A stretch of 64,000 nt of DNA from Octopus sinensis (GCF_006345805.1 NC_042997.1:191456001-191520000); one strand, 5' to 3'; shown: positions 1 through 13,758, counted from the stretch's first letter. Program-made: numbers and translations. The notes: generated by a model from the sequence alone, not told the origin.

Positions 1-424
1 CCTGTTTTGTCCCTTTATGTTTTCCAATCATGTTTGTCAGCCCTTGTAGCCAATAAAAAGAATTAATTATTATTATTATTATTAGGGTGCTTTGCCATGT
101 CTTGGGGATGACAGAGTAATCCAGGATTTTTTGCATGGGATTTACCTCGAATTATCCTAAGTGGACTCCTTCCACTATTAGGGATTCTAATTATCTTTTT
201 ATGAATTTATTTATTTCCCTAATTTCTATTTATATATCCTTTGTTATATCTTTTAATGTTGTAATATCTCTCTTTGATTGATATAAAAACCCCACATTTT
301 TTTTTTGTGTCTGTTGTAATTTGTCCTTTGATATTGTCGTCCATGTCTTGGGCCCTTGTGGCCAATAAAAGAAATCATTGTTATTATTATTATTAGTAGT
401 AGTAGTAGTAGTAGTATAGTACAA

Positions 425-1080
425 GATGCTTAGTGGCATTTTGTCTGCTATGATGTTCTGAGTTCAAATTCCACCGAGGTCGATTTTGCCTTTCATCCTT
501 TCGGGGTCGATAAATTAAGTGTCAGTGAAATACTGGGGTCAATGTAATTGACTAGACCCTTCCTCACAAATTTCAGGTCTTGTATACCTTTAGTAGAGAG
601 GATTGTTTTGGAGCCTGGTGCAGCCATCTGGTTCGCCAGACCTCAGTCAAATCATCCAACCCATGCTAGCATGGAAAGCGGATGTTAAACGATGATGATA
701 ATGATGATTGAGGTAGTGAGCTGGCACAATCATTAGCACACTGGGTGAAATGCTTAGCAGTATTTTCTGTCTTCACGTTCTGAGTTCAAATTTCGCCAAT
801 TTCTTAATGGGGCCTGGTTTCTGTCTTTTGTTGTATTAGTGATTGCATTGTGTGCTGTGTGCAGCACTGGATTAACCATTAAGCAAAATAAGCATGTGCT
901 TAGGGCATCAAGGGAAAGAAGGGAAACCACAGAAATGGTAAATGGTTTATGGTACAAAAGAAATCACTTTCAACTTGCTAAGCAGAGTCGATAAATTAAG
1001 TACTAGTTGCATATTGGGGTCAGTCTAATCAACTGGCACCCCCAAAAAATTTGGGGCCTTGTGCCTAGAGTAGAAAATTA
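425..1080 (+). mobile_element. SINE family A fragments (425-605, 711-800, 985-1080) with family D piece 609-708
   Basis: Similarity to 32072-32302 and 11485-11890. Confidence 0.75.
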
Positions 1081-1149
1081 TTGATGGTGTCTTGCATAGG
1101 AAGTCAGCTGTTCTTGGCAGGTTTTATTATTATTATGCTTTTCTTTAAT

Positions 1150-1470
1150 TTTGCCAGCTCTGTCTGGCCCCTGTGTTGGTGGCACGTAAAAGCACCATCC
1201 GTTCGTGTCCGTTGCCAGCCTCGCCTGGCCCCCGTGCCGGTGACACATAAAAGCACCATCCGTTCATGTCCATTTGCCAGCTCTGTCTGGCACCTGTGCG
1301 GGTGGGAAGTAAAAAGCACCCACTACACTCATGGAGTGGTTGGCGTTAGGAAGGGTATCCAGCCGTAGAAACACTGCCAGATCTGGCTGGGCCTGATGAA
1401 GCCTTCCAGCTTCACAGACCCCAGTTGAACCGTCCAATGAACGCTAAATGATGATGATGATGATGATGAT
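1150..1470 (+). mobile_element. Family D copy (others: 14755-14885, 22795-22940 -, 25615-25950, 29375-29515, 33190-33390 -)
   Basis: Shared core and (GAT)n tail. Confidence 0.8.
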
Positions 1471-1575
1471 ATAAGCTGCCTCCCAAGTCTCAAGCAGAAA
1501 CCTGAAGGAACAAGTTTTTGCATCTAAAAAGGCAAACAGGTTTGGTGCCATGCAACTGAAAAAAAATTAATGATA

Positions 1576-1748
1576 GATGCAGGAATAGCTGTGTGGTAAG
1601 TAGCTTGCTTACCAACCACATGGTCCTGAGTTCAGACCCTCTGCATGGCACCTTGGACAAGTGTCTTCTACTGTAACCTCGGGCCGACCAAAGCCTTGTG
1701 AGTGGATTTGGTAGATGGAAACTGATGGAAACTGAAAGAAGCCCATCG

Positions 1749-1781
<33 letters not shown>

Positions 1782-1990
1782 GTTTGTGCATGTGTCTGTG
1801 TGTCTCCCCCTATATCGCTTGACAACTGATGGTGGTGTGTTTATGTCCCTGTAACTTAGCAGTTTGGCATAAGCGACCAATAGAATAAGTACTAGGTTTA
1901 CAAAGAATAAGTCCTGGGGTCGATTTGTTTGTCTAAAGGCAGCACTCCAGCATGGCCACAGCCAAATGACGGAAACAAGTAAAAGAGTTA
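1576..1990 (+). mobile_element. tRNA-derived SINE family B (CORE-like ACCTTGGGCAAGT, internal microsatellite)
   Basis: A-box-like GCTGTGTGG, B-box-like GTTCAG..CC, GAAACAAGTAAAAGAG tail. Confidence 0.85.
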
Positions 1991-2307
1991 ATAAAATAAA
2001 CAGATGTCTGCGTGTTTTAAAAACAAAATATCTCTTTATAAAATTTATAAATAATTTAATGGATAAGATTGTATCAACAGAGTGAGGAATGTAAGTAAAA
2101 CATCTGAGATGCACATAAATACAATCTTTTGCAATTTACTTATTTCAAAGCTGCAAGGAATTTGGTTTGCATATTTGGTTGGCTTCTTTTGATATCGTTC
2201 CAATAGCAATGGTTACTGTTGTTTTGAGACTCCACATTCCTCTGATTTGCTTGATTTCTCAAAAGTTTTCAGAGATGATGATACTACTACTACTACTACT
2301 GCTGCTG

Positions 2308-2450
2308 CCGCCAAGGTTGACTTTGTCTTTCATCTTTTTGGGGTTGATAAATACTAGTTGAGTACTGGGGTCGATGCAATAGACTGGACCTCTCCCCACA
2401 AAAATTTCAGGTCTTGTGCCTATAGCAGAAATGATTATTATTGTTATTAC

Positions 2451-2481
<31 letters not shown>

Positions 2482-2519
2482 GTTGTTGTTGTTGTTGCTG
2501 TTGCTGTTGTTGTTGTTGT

Positions 2520-2557
<38 letters not shown>

Positions 2558-2762
2558 TTATGGCACTGAGCTGGCAGAATCGTTAGCATGCTGGGTGAAA
2601 TGCTTAGTGGGCTATTTCGCCTGTCTTTATATTCTGAGATCAAATTCCATCAAGGTCAACTTTGCTTTTCATCCTTTCAGGGTTGATAAATTAAGTAGTA
2701 GTCTAATTGACTGGCCCCTCCCCCCAAAATTCGGGCCTTGTGACTATAGTACAAAGAATTGT
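2308..2762 (+). mobile_element. Two SINE family A copies around a compound (ATT)(GTT)(AGT) microsatellite
   Basis: 2308-2435 and 2561-2762. Confidence 0.8.
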
Positions 2763-3019
2763 TATTATTATTATTATTTAATATTGAGGATGTATAATTG
2801 GTTTAATTATACTTCCTATCAGATGAGGATCATATGTTTATATCAGGCATTTTTACATTTGGAAATCAAAACGTACCATCTCCACCACCTCTGACATCAA
2901 ATTCTATAACAACTATGCAATGCTGCAACGTCACCTTAAGAATAAGTGCAACTATGCCTCTCCTGGCCATGATGGTGTTACATACCTGCTTTTCAAATGT
3001 GGTGGGTACTTTCTCCTGC

Positions 3020-4547
3020 ACTAGCTTTCACTCTTCTTTCAATTCTGTCTTAACAATGGTGCTACTCTGGAGTAGTGGATAATTGCTAGTGCCATTCCTT
3101 TGTTCAAAAAGGGTGACTGCATGTTGCCTGTCAACTATCGTCCAGTCAGTCTTACTAGCTTCATTGCCAAACTGATGGAATCCTGTGTCAGAGAAACATA
3201 CTGGAATGTCTGGAATTCCCACAACCTTATCCAGCCCTCACAATTTGGATTTATCCCTAACTCCAGCTGTTGTGATCAGCTTATTGAGTTTCTTGAAGAC
3301 ATCACCCAGATCACTGATGGTGGTTCATGGGTGGGTGTTGTTTACCTTGACTTTGCTAAAGCTTTAAATTATGTGCCACACAAAAGACTTATGGCAAAAC
3401 TCTCTACAATGGGTGTAAAAGATGATTTGTTTTTAACTGGTCGGAGTCCTTCATTCTCAGCCAAAAAGTGGTAGTCACAGTTCTAGGACAGCATTCTTCA
3501 CCCTATGAGATATCATCTGGTGTACTACAGGGATCTGTTCTTGATCATTAATGACATACATGCCAAACTTAAAGAATGTCACAGTGCTGAAATATGCAGA
3601 TGACATCAAGCTGTATTTTGAGATGAAAAGGACAGATCCTGAACATTATAGATCTTTCCTGCAATTGGACTGGGACACAATGCAGCAATGGATCATGGAC
3701 TAGCAACTCAAGTTGGCTGTGGACAAGTGTACCACCATGCAATTTTGAGAGGAAAAAACCCAGCGTCCACATACTCTTTCCACAATATTAATATCAAGAA
3801 GTCCTTTTGTGAACGTGACCTGGGCATTGCTGTCAGCAGTGATTTGCATTGGACAAAGCCTATCTCTAAAATTGTCAAGAAGGCCAAGGGTGCCTTGGCA
3901 TCACTCAGCAAGACCTTTGTTAACCGCTCTCCAGTTATCTATTTAAGGATGTATATGGCTTTGGTGCAGCCACACTTGGAATTTGCATCACCAGCTTGCT
4001 CAGAACATTGACTTCCTGGAAAATGTTCTGAGTCGTGCAACCAAGCAAATACTGTCTATCAGGTATCTACGATATGCTGAACACCTTGCTTCCCTGGGCA
4101 TGGATACACTGAAGCTCTGATGTCTGACAGCTGACTTGGTAAACACTCACAGAATTATTAATCTTTGTGCCAACAACTTTGAGCCCTTTTTTAAATTCTA
4201 TATGTCTAACACACATGGGCGTGCCTACAAAATCAGAAAACAGCTCAACTCCCAAGACTTTCGGAAACATTTTTTCACACTCAGAGTTGCTAAAGCATGG
4301 AACAAACTACATACATCGGTTGTTAGCTGCTGAGACATTGCATTCTTTAAAACCTCCATGATTCCTGAAATTCACCAACACTACACCTGATATTCTCCCC
4401 AACTTCATATACATGCACACATGTATATCATGACTCATACACTGTTCACTTTCCTGACATTTGCACATAATCCTCTGTATTATACATGCATCTTTGATAA
4501 GTTGTAGTGCACCTTAGCACTACAAAGAATAATTTCATTATTATTAT
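3020..4547 (+). mobile_element. CR1-like LINE, 5'-truncated, degenerate RT and 3' end
   Basis: NYRPVSLTS, QFGF, VVYLDFAKA, YADD (tatgcagatgac ~3593), ERDLGI, FFTLRVAKAWNKL; ends in (ATT)n. Confidence 0.9.
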
Positions 4548-5009
4548 CTAGTAATATTCATAGCGCAAGAGGACATCTCCTTTCTTAGGGTTAAAAAGTC
4601 GCAATAGTGTTCACTCGAAGGGACAGCCATTTTAAAGTGGCTACAAATATTACTTGTCAGTACAATTACTGTGTTGATCTCTTAGAGAGATTTTTAGAAC
4701 TAGCATTTTTGATTATCATTATCATCTTCTATAAAAGCATTGTTTTCTGTTATTCATTTCTGTTCTGACTTTGTATTGAGTACTTTCTCAATAATTCTTG
4801 TTGAACTAAGTAAACAAGTTTTCTGTATTCTTCCCACGTTTGGATTATGGTCTAGTTTTCTAAGGTTTGCTCCCAAATTCTTTGCCATAGTTCCCAGGAT
4901 TACAACTCTGTTAATTTCCTTGTTCTAGCACAATCTGAACCCCTGCTGGTCCACAAAGGTAATACTGGGGGTCCGTGAACTAAATAAAAAATTTTGCATA
5001 TATAATCAA

Positions 5010-6492
5010 AAATCAAAATACAAATCAAATTCGATGACTGGCGTCCGTGCTAGTGGGGTGCAAAGAGCACCATACGAGTGTGATCATTGACAGAGTGGCT
5101 AACCGGCTTCCGTGCCAGTGGCACTTAAAAGGCACCGTTCGAGCGTGATCGTTACCAGCGTCGCCTTACTGGCACTCGAGCCCCGTGCTAGCAGGGTGTT
5201 AAGAGCACCATCTGAGCATAATCATTGCCAGAACGGCTATCTGGCCTCCGTGCCGGTGGCACGTAAAAGACACCATTCGAGCGTGATTGTTACCAGCATT
5301 GCTTTACTGGCACCTGTGCTGGTGGCATGTGTAAAAGATTCTAGCAAGGTCGTTGCCAGTACCGCCTGACTGGCCACATGCCGGTGGCACGTAAAAGCAC
5401 CCACTACACTCTTGGAGTGGTTGGCATTAGGAAGGGTATCCAGCTGTAGAAACTCTGCCAGATCAAGATTGAAGCCTGGTGCAGCCATCTGGTTCGCTAG
5501 CCCTCAGTCATTCTTCCAACCCATGCTAGCATGGAAAGCAGACATTAAACGATGATGATGATGATGATATATATATTTATTGTAATTTGTATCTTGTGGT
5601 ACCAGTGCCTGTGGCACACAAGAAATCCATCAGTGCCGTAGTCAGTGCGGTGGGCACATGACAAACACCATCCGATCGTGGCCGTTCGCCAGCCTCATCT
5701 AGCACCTGTGTCGGTGGCACATAAAAACACCATCCGAAGACCCGGCAAGACTAGTCAGGCCATAACCCATGGCCCCTACCTGGGACGTAGTCAGTCCACC
5801 TGTGCATACCTTCCTTCTTGTGACACTTGTGAGACCTGTTGAGGCAAGTGAAAATCAAATCAAATCAAAACAAATCAAAATAGATGAACATCAATGGAAT
5901 TGTATCTTTGTGGTACCAGTGCCGGTGGCACGTGGCACATAAGAAAAACATCCGAACGTGGCCGTAGCCAGTACCGCATCGACTGGCCTCCGTGCTGTGG
6001 GCACGTAACAAGCACCATCCGATCGTGGCCGTTTGCCAGCCTCATCTGGCACCTGTGTCGGTGGTGGCACATAAAAACACCATCCGAGCGTGGCCGTCTG
6101 CCAGCCTCGTCTGGCACCTGTGTCAGTGGCACATAAAAACACCGTCGAGCGTGGCCGTCTGCCAGCCTCGTCTGGCACCTGTGTCGGTGGCACATAAAAA
6201 ACATCATCCGAGCGTGGCCGTCTGCCAGCCTCGTCTGGCACCTGTGGCGGTGGTACACATAAAAAACACCATCCGAGCGTGGCGTTTGTCAGCCTCGTCT
6301 GGCACCTGTGTCGGTGCCATAAAATCACCCACTACACTCTCGGAGTGGTTGGCGTTAGGAAGGGCATCCAGCTGTAGAAACACTGCCAGATATGACTGGA
6401 CTGGTGCAGCTTTCGGGCTCCCCAGACCCCAGTTGAACCGTCCAACCCATGCTAGCATGGAAAGCGGACGTTAAATGATGATGATGATGATA
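5010..6492 (+). mobile_element. Family D (RTE-3'-like retroposon) copies with ~62-63 bp tandem units at 5940-6320
   Basis: GTGGCAC.TAAAA.CACCATCCGA units, GGTTGGCGTTAGGAAGGGCATCCAGC core, (GAT)n tails. Confidence 0.8.
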
Positions 6493-6506
6493 TATATATA
6501 TATATA

Positions 6507-6850
6507 CAGGGCCGGATTAAGACCCATCAGGGCCCTAAGCACTTAAAGATTTTGGTGTCCCCATAAAATATTATGTAATTCAATATATAAACAATAACAA
6601 ACCATAAAATAAATTTCTATTTTCCAAAAGCAAAACAAAAAGTAAGAGGGAAAATAATGTTTATTTTTGTATACTTCCACTTTATTTATATGTGAAAAGT
6701 TTCCTCCTACTTTTTTGAATTGAAAAGTCTTTTATCAGATCTTCAAAATAAATTTTATGTAACACATCTGCTTCTATACTTAGTGGAGATAAAGACATCC
6801 CAAATATTATTTTAGCGAGTTTAAAGTGATTTCTTTTGTACCATAAACCA
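6507..6850 (-). mobile_element. hAT transposon end fragment
   Basis: CAGGGCCGGATTAAG-type terminus; minus strand LSIEADVL..FEDLIKDFSIQKSRR resembling hAT C-terminus. Confidence 0.6.
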
Positions 6851-7000
6851 TTTACCATTTCTGTGGTTCCCCCTCCTTCCCTTGATGTCCACTGTTGGGA
6901 GCCACTGTGAAGAGATTGGGAACCATTGTTCTAATATTTAAGAATTTCACACTCCAAGCTGGTTTTGTTGTTATAATTATTATTATTGTTAGCAGAAAAA

Positions 7001-7212
7001 GGTGTGATGGCAGAATCATTAGCATGCTCGGTGAAATGGTTAGTGGCATTTCATCCATTTTCATGTTCTGCATTCAAATTCCATTGAGGCTGACTTTGCC
7101 TTTCATCCTTACAGGGTCAATAAATTAAGTACCAGTGAAACATGGGGTTGATGTAATCGACTAGTCCCCTCCCACCCAAATTTCAGACCTTGTGCCTTTA
7201 GTAGAAAGGATT
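7001..7212 (+). mobile_element. SINE family A
   Basis: Head and body motifs; gtagaaaggatt tail. Confidence 0.8.
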
Positions 7213-7216
7213 ATTA

Positions 7217-8228
7217 TTATTACCTCCGCCCTAGCGAAGGCAGAGGTATTGTTTTCAGTTGTGTTTGTTTGGTTGTCTGTCTGTGGAAAGATATCTCAAG
7301 ATCCACTGGATGGATTCGGATGAAACCTTTAGGAATGTTTGGCCTTGTGACTGACATGAAATGATTAGATTTTGGGATTGATCTGCTGCTGGACAAGGAT
7401 TCTGGATTATTTGTTATATTTACTTTACATGAAGTATTACAATCTTTGATTATCTCCCTTGAAAGCATGCTCATGGTTTCCGTGTAAGTTCTGGCGGCGT
7501 TGCTGTTTCCAAAGTTTTATTTTCATTTCTCTATTATTAATTTTACTCACTTCTCTATCTTTTAGAAACTGATGGATAAAGAAATCAAACTACATAAACA
7601 AAAGGCAGGAAAACCATTCAGAAATTAAATAACACTAGCATATTCAGTAAAAATATTAAATTCAATTTATCCTTAACAATTTTGAATATATCACTCCTGT
7701 TTAAAACCTCTTACCTATTTGACAATTGCATTTCTAGCTCTGCTTTCAAGGAAGCTTTATTTCTTGGACTCATGTTTTTGTGCGCAACGATCTTGTTAAA
7801 CCTCCGTTAACAGCACCATATGCAGGTCCTTTCCGTTTTCTTTTATGCATGGACAAATTTTTCACTACAGACATTAATTGTCTTTAAGACACTACATCAG
7901 TGGATAGACTAAAAAAGGCCTTCATAGAGAAAACTGTCTCTGTTCCCACTGCAGATGACACACACACACAGCATTACAAACATGGCCTGCACACCCACCT
8001 TCACATTCCATGACTACCATCGGGATCAATCAGGTACAAGACAAGGATTCTGGATTATTTTTCCTGTCTTTTTTAATTTTTGTGAGCGGTTGGGTTCATT
8101 TTTAGTATTCTCATTTGGGAGAGCAGTCAAGTTTTTCAGATATTCTCATTTAAAAAATCATCTCTGGTGAATCATTGAGAGGACGTTGGTGTTGCCTTGC
8201 TGGAGGTTTGCCCTCTCTGAGTGCTCTT
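7217..8228 (+). mobile_element. Helentron-associated (HINE/DINE-1-like) element
   Basis: 5' TTATTACCTCCGCC..GGCAGAGG sub-TIR palindrome, (GTTT/GTCT)n tract, 3' GGAGGT sub-TIR plus small hairpin. Confidence 0.6.
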
Positions 8229-8242
8229 ATTATTATTATTAT

Positions 8243-9041
8243 ATTTTTCTTCTTTCTTTCTTCAAATTTTCTTCTGTTTCTCGCCAAGTGTTTTCCATAC
8301 ACCTAGGGCATAGAAGCTCATTGTATGCATTCCCAGATTACACACGCAAATTCACAAATAAAATATGTATTTAAAAAATTAATAAATTCATGAATGGATG
8401 TTGTTTTCACAAAGATAATGCTCTTCTCAGTATATGAGTCATTCTAGTTAACACAATTTTTTTGCACTTCCTGTAGGGATGGTAAGCCTAGTGTCATTTT
8501 CAAATAGGTTTCAGTACCTTTTTTTTTATCATTCCTAGAGATCCTACAATCACTGGTACTGTAGTCGCCTTGAGATGCCACATTTTTTCAATTTCTATTA
8601 GCAGGTCTTTATATTTACTAATCTTGTCAAATTCTTTCGCCGCTATATTGTGATCGCTAGGAATACTCATGTCAATTAATAAACACACCTTTTTTGTCTG
8701 ATCTTTTATAATCATATCCAGTTTATTAGCTTTTATAGTTTGTCAGTCTGTACGGGGAAGTCCCATAGAATCGACACATTTTCTCCCTCAGTCACAGCTT
8801 CAGGATGGTGTTTATACCATTTGTCAGCAGTTTTGATTTTATAATGCCAACATATTGTCCAGTGTAAATACTGGCCAACTCTGTCATATCTTGCTTTATA
8901 TTCTGCAGGTGCTAAGATTATACACCCTGAGATTAGGTGGTCTATTGTTTCAATCTCCTTGTTACAGAATCGGCATTTTGGGTCAGCTCCATTTTTATCA
9001 CATTGGCTTGGTAGTCCGGGTTAATAAGCTTTGGTCATGAG
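8243..9041 (-). mobile_element. R4/Dong-like non-LTR retrotransposon 3' part (CCHC knuckle + restriction-like endonuclease)
   Basis: Minus strand: KCRFCNKEIE..IDHLISGC, DRVGQYLHW, ILWDFPVQTD, LLIDMSIPSD..KY.DL..EIEKMW..PVIVGSLG; 3' end abuts (TAA)n; 5' cut by gap. Confidence 0.85.
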
Positions 9042-9141
9042 NNNNNNNNNNNNNNNNNNNNNNNNNNNNNNNNNNNNNNNNNNNNNNNNNNNNNNNNNNN
9101 NNNNNNNNNNNNNNNNNNNNNNNNNNNNNNNNNNNNNNNNN
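9042..9141. other. Assembly gap (100 N)
   Basis: Run of N. Confidence 1.
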
Positions 9142-9275
9142 AAGTACCAGTTACGCACTGGGGTCGATGTAGTCGACTTAATCCCTTTGTCTGTCCTTGT
9201 TTGTCCCCTCTGTGTTTAGCCCCTTGTGGGTAGTAAAGAAATATATATGTATATACACACACACACACACACATA

Positions 9276-9531
9276 CAGGGTGCAATGGGTAAATTGTCGC
9301 CATTTTATATTTTTAATTTTGTGCATGCACATTGTTTTTGATTTTGTTGACTACACAGTAGGCGTAGGAGTGGGTGTGTGGTAAGTAGCTTGCTTACCAA
9401 CCATATGGTTCTGGGTTCATTCCCACTGCGTGGCACCTTGGGCAAGTGTCTTCTACTATAGCCTTGGGCTGACCGAAGCTTTGTGAGTGGATTTAGTAGA
9501 AGGAAACTGAAGGAAGCCCATCATATATATG

Positions 9532-9564
<33 letters not shown>

Positions 9565-10939
9565 TTATGTGTCTGTGTTTGTTCCCTCCAACATTGCTTG
9601 ACAACCGATGGTGGTGTGTTTGCGTCCCCGTCACTTAGCAGTTTGGCAAAAGAGACCGATAGAATAAGTAACAGGCTTACAAAGAATAACTCCTGGGGTC
9701 GATTTGCTCAACTAAAGGCTGAAACAAGTAAAAAGAAAACAGTATAGAAGGGTCAGTTGGGCACTGTCTGTCAGAAAAACAGTACTTTGGCACAATTCAT
9801 TGTGCCAGAAATTTGGAAACGACATACTGTACTGCTTGGCATTTGCACAAGAAGCTCCAATACGAACACTTCAGAGTATTTGGGTTTCAATCTGAGGACA
9901 GTGCAGAGCATTCGGAAAGAGTTGGATGAGTCTAAAGGTGATTATAAATGTATGACAGCTTAGAAAACTCTGATTGTTCTGATGAGAAAAGAACTCCAGA
10001 ATTTGTTAGTGAGATCCAGGCCATGATTGACAACAATCCCTTTAAGTCAATCAGGTTTATTGTCAGGGACATGGGAGTGCCTGAATTTCTTATCAGGCAG
10101 GTAGTACATGAAGACATTTGGTATTCCTCATACAAGATGAGAAAGGGCCAATTTTTATCCCAAGCCATCAAGGACAAGAGGGAAGACCGTGATACGAAGC
10201 TTTTGAACAAACCCAAGCAGCCCCTCCAATCAAACATGCTTTGGTTTTCTCAGAGGAGAAAAATTTCTGCCAGGATCAAACCAGGTGAACACGCAGAACA
10301 ACTGCTGGCTTGCCATATCCCCAAAACATATATTGAGAGTGATAAAAATCAAACCTACAGTCAACATCATGGTATTTGGAGTGTTACTAGTGATGGCGAC
10401 ATTATGCCTCCATTCATCTTCCCAAACGACCTCAGATTCAACACAGAGGCCTATATCAAGTACCTGGAGGAGGTAGTACTGCCCTGGGTCAAGAGGGTGG
10501 CTGCTAGAAGACCCTATGTCTGGCAACAGGACTCTGCACCATGTCACACAAGCAGCAGAGCCCAGTCATGGCTATCAGACAATTTCTGTGACCATACCAC
10601 CCCTAACAACTGGCCACCTAACTCCCCAGACTGCTACCCCCTTGATTATTGTGTGGGTTGCAGTTGAGCGAGAGACCAGCAAAACTCCTTGTAACACCAA
10701 AGATGAACTGAAGGCAAGGATTATGGCAGCATTCACCAACTTAAACAAGGAGACCATCAAGAAGTGTTGCAGGAGATTCTGAAGAGCATGGTTGAAGCCA
10801 ATGGCAATTTTTATTGAATAAATTTACTCTTTAATATTTCAAGATATTTTTACGTAATTTTGGTAAATATATCTGTTAAAATGAGACGTCAGTGTTTTTT
10901 TTTTTTGTAATTTAGATGACAATTATTCATCGCACCCTG
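9276..10939 (+). mobile_element. Tc1/mariner transposon, DD37D (maT-type), frameshifted, with SINE insertion
   Basis: TA|CAGGGTGCAATG ... CATCGCACCCTG|TA ends; WQQDSAPCH...WPPNSPDCYPLDY with 37 residues between 2nd and 3rd catalytic D. Confidence 0.9.
9361..9738 (+). mobile_element. SINE family B inserted in the maT transposon
   Basis: TSD ACAGTA at 9355-9360 and 9739-9744. Confidence 0.9.
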
Positions 10940-11194
10940 TAATATATATATATATTATATATATTATATATATATAGTATACATACATAGGCACAGTAAT
11001 CCCTGCATGATAAGAAGCTTGCTTCCCAACCACATGGTTCCAGGTTCACTCCCACTGCGTGGCACATTGGGCAATGTCTTCTCGGATCAATCAAAGCCTT
11101 GTCAGTGGATTTGAAAAACAGAAACTGAAAGAAACCCGTTGTGTGTGTGTGTGTTGACAACCATACACATTCTCAGTTTTATATATATACACAC

Positions 11195-11312
11195 ATAATT
11201 GGCAGATGTTACAGAGTCATTCAGGGGTCAAGAGCTATATGCATTGGCACTTATTGATAAGTGCCAAAGAATGAAATTCTTGACTCATGAGTCACTCAGT
11301 AGCTTGAATTTA
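11195..11312. repeat. Palindromic short repeat, second copy at ~12550-12667
   Basis: GGCACTTAT-TG-ATAAGTGCC core; both copies share upstream cacattctcagtttta (second interrupted by a SINE). Confidence 0.6.
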
Positions 11313-11484
11313 TATATATATATATATATATACACATACACACACGCATAATAATATATATATATATACACACATACACACACGCATAATAATAATATAT
11401 ATATATATACACATACACACACGCATAATAATAATATATACATATATACACATACACACACGCATAATAATATATATATATAAC

Positions 11485-11890
11485 GCAGTAACGCATCGAC
11501 TGGCCTCCGTGCTGTGGGCACGTAACAAACACCATCCGATCGTGGCCGTTCGCCAGCCTCGTCTGGCACCTGTGTCGGTGGCACATAAAAAACACCATCC
11601 GAGCTTGGCCGTCTGCCAGCCTCGTCTGGCACCTGTGTCGGTGGCACATAAAAAACACCATCCGAGCGTGGCCGTTCGCCAGCCTCGTCTGGCACCTGTG
11701 TCGGTGGCACATAAAATCACCCACTACACTCTCGGAGTGGTTGGCGTTAGGAAGGGCATCCGGCTGTAGAAACACTGCCAGATCTGACTGGCCTGGTGCA
11801 GCCTTCGGGCTCCCCAGACCCCAGTTGAACCATCCAACCCATGCTAGCATGGAAAGCGGACGTTAAACGATGATGATGATGATGATGATA
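11485..11890 (+). mobile_element. Family D copy with 63-bp units, preceded by ~36-bp TA/CA minisatellite (11320-11480)
   Basis: Period 63 (11581 vs 11644); (GAT)n tail. Confidence 0.85.
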
Positions 11891-12211
11891 TATATACACA
11901 TAATATATATGTATATATTATATACATAGTATAACTATTAAAAATGAAACTATATCTCACATTACAATAGAGATGTTATTGTTTCACCTTTGACACATAA
12001 TGCTGAAACAGATTAAGAGATTACTCACGACTTGCATTTAGCAAGAATTTAAAAATTTTAGCCCATGGCAGTCCATGGACCCCAAGTAGTGAATGTGTAA
12101 AATTTGAATGAAATCAGTTGGGTAGTTCTCAAGTTTTAGTCATGCACACACACACACATACACACAGACAGGCAGATACACATTCTCAGTTTTATATATA
12201 TATATATATAT

Positions 12212-12517
12212 CACGTGATCACGTGACCGACCAGACCATCAGATGTTGTTACACATCACTGGTCACAATGCGTTTTGCATTGTTTTAGCCTTCGAATGAC
12301 GCCACCCCGCTGGCTAAGCGAGCAGGCCAATAGAAGAAAGAGTGGGAGAAAGAGTGGTGAAAGAGTACAGCAGGGATCACCACCCCCTGCCGGAGCCTAG
12401 TGGAGCTTTTTAGGTGTTTTCGCTCAATAAACACTCACAACGCCTGGTCTGGGAATCGAAACCGCGATCCTACGACCGCGAGTCCGCTGCCCTAACCACT
12501 AGGCCATTGCGCCTCCA
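12212..12517 (-). mobile_element. tRNA(Arg)-like-head SINE family C
   Basis: Minus strand GGCGCAATGGCCTAGTGGTTAGGGCAGCGGACTCGCGGTCG..GGTTTCGATTCCC (TCG at anticodon position). Confidence 0.85.
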
Positions 12518-12827
12518 CACACACACATATATATATATGTATAGACAGATAATTGGCAGAGGTTACAGGGTCATTCAGGGGTCAAGAGCTATACACATTG
12601 GCACTTATTGATAAGTGCTAAAGAATGAAATTCTTGACCTTTGAGTCACTCTGTAGCTTGAGTTTATATATATATGTATGTATGTATATATATATACGTA
12701 TATCATATACACACACATCCATATATATACATAAATATACATATATATATAATTGAGACACAGTTGAATTAAGTGCTTAAGTTGAAGCATCAAGTCAGTC
12801 TGGTATTATCTGCACCAGCTCATAGTA

Positions 12828-13260
12828 AGGTGAATAAAATCTAAATAAGCAATAGGAGATCAAGTAGTAATGCAGTACAACTGTTTTAAGCAGCTCCATT
12901 TAATTGAACAATGCAATCATTACATCAAGTTAAATACATTTTATTGCAACCACAGTCTGGTATACTTGTATGTACTGAATACAGTAAATTTTTCAATTAT
13001 AAAATTTATATAATATTTGTACGCCTATTTGCAACATAGGTCGCATTTCTACTATGACTTCAAACAATTAGACTTGGCCAAAAAATTGTCCAGTAATTGC
13101 CATTTGAATGGAAATTTTGTTTGCACTATAAAACACATATTGCTAGGTTTGTACCACCCACTTGAGACCCAATTACACTCTAGGTGAAAAATATAGAATA
13201 CCTCATAAGTAATTAAATATCCTAAATTCAGTGACAGCATTAATGAAGATGTTACGTGTT
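12828..13260 (-). mobile_element. Degenerate Penelope-like 3' fragment with terminal repeat
   Basis: Minus strand KCDLCCK* (CxLCxxE-like); 12830-12940 resembles the hammerhead-bearing repeat at 39121-39240. Confidence 0.55.
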
Positions 13261-13344
13261 AATTTAATGTGTTAAACTTATCTTTATTAATGTATATCGA
13301 ATTGTACATACATACATATATATATATATATATACAAGAATTAC

Positions 13345-13758
13345 ACAACACCTTACTTCCCATAAAATTATTAACCATCTTACAAACAATAACTCTGAGC
13401 ACCTTTTCAAACACCACCCATCTAACACCCGTGGACATATTTACAAAGTCAGAAAACAGCACAGCTCCCATGACTTCAGGAAACATTTTTTCACGCTGAG
13501 AGTTGCTGAAGCATGGAACAAACTGCCGGCATCAGTTGTTAGTTGTCGGAGCACTGCATCCTTCAAAACTTCCATGCTTTCTGAGATTCGCCAACACTAC
13601 ACCTGATTTTCTCCCCTCCATACACACACAAGCATGTATCTGACTCATACATTGTTCGCTTTCCAGACATTTTTACATTACTGCATGTACTTTATATGCA
13701 CCTTCTGACAAGTTGTGGTGCACCTGAGCACTGTATACAAAAATTTCATTATTATTAT
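13345..13758 (+). mobile_element. 3' fragment of the same CR1-like LINE family
   Basis: Clear similarity to 4150-4547, including aatttcattattatta tail. Confidence 0.85.

Noticed and set aside
5940-6320. CRISPR-like appearance of regularly spaced repeats (also 27600-28340)
   Set aside because: Units are contiguous and near-identical with no unique spacers; no cas genes; eukaryotic context
12440-12517. tRNA-Arg gene
   Set aside because: tRNA-like head runs into a multi-copy SINE body; no clear acceptor stem or poly-T terminator
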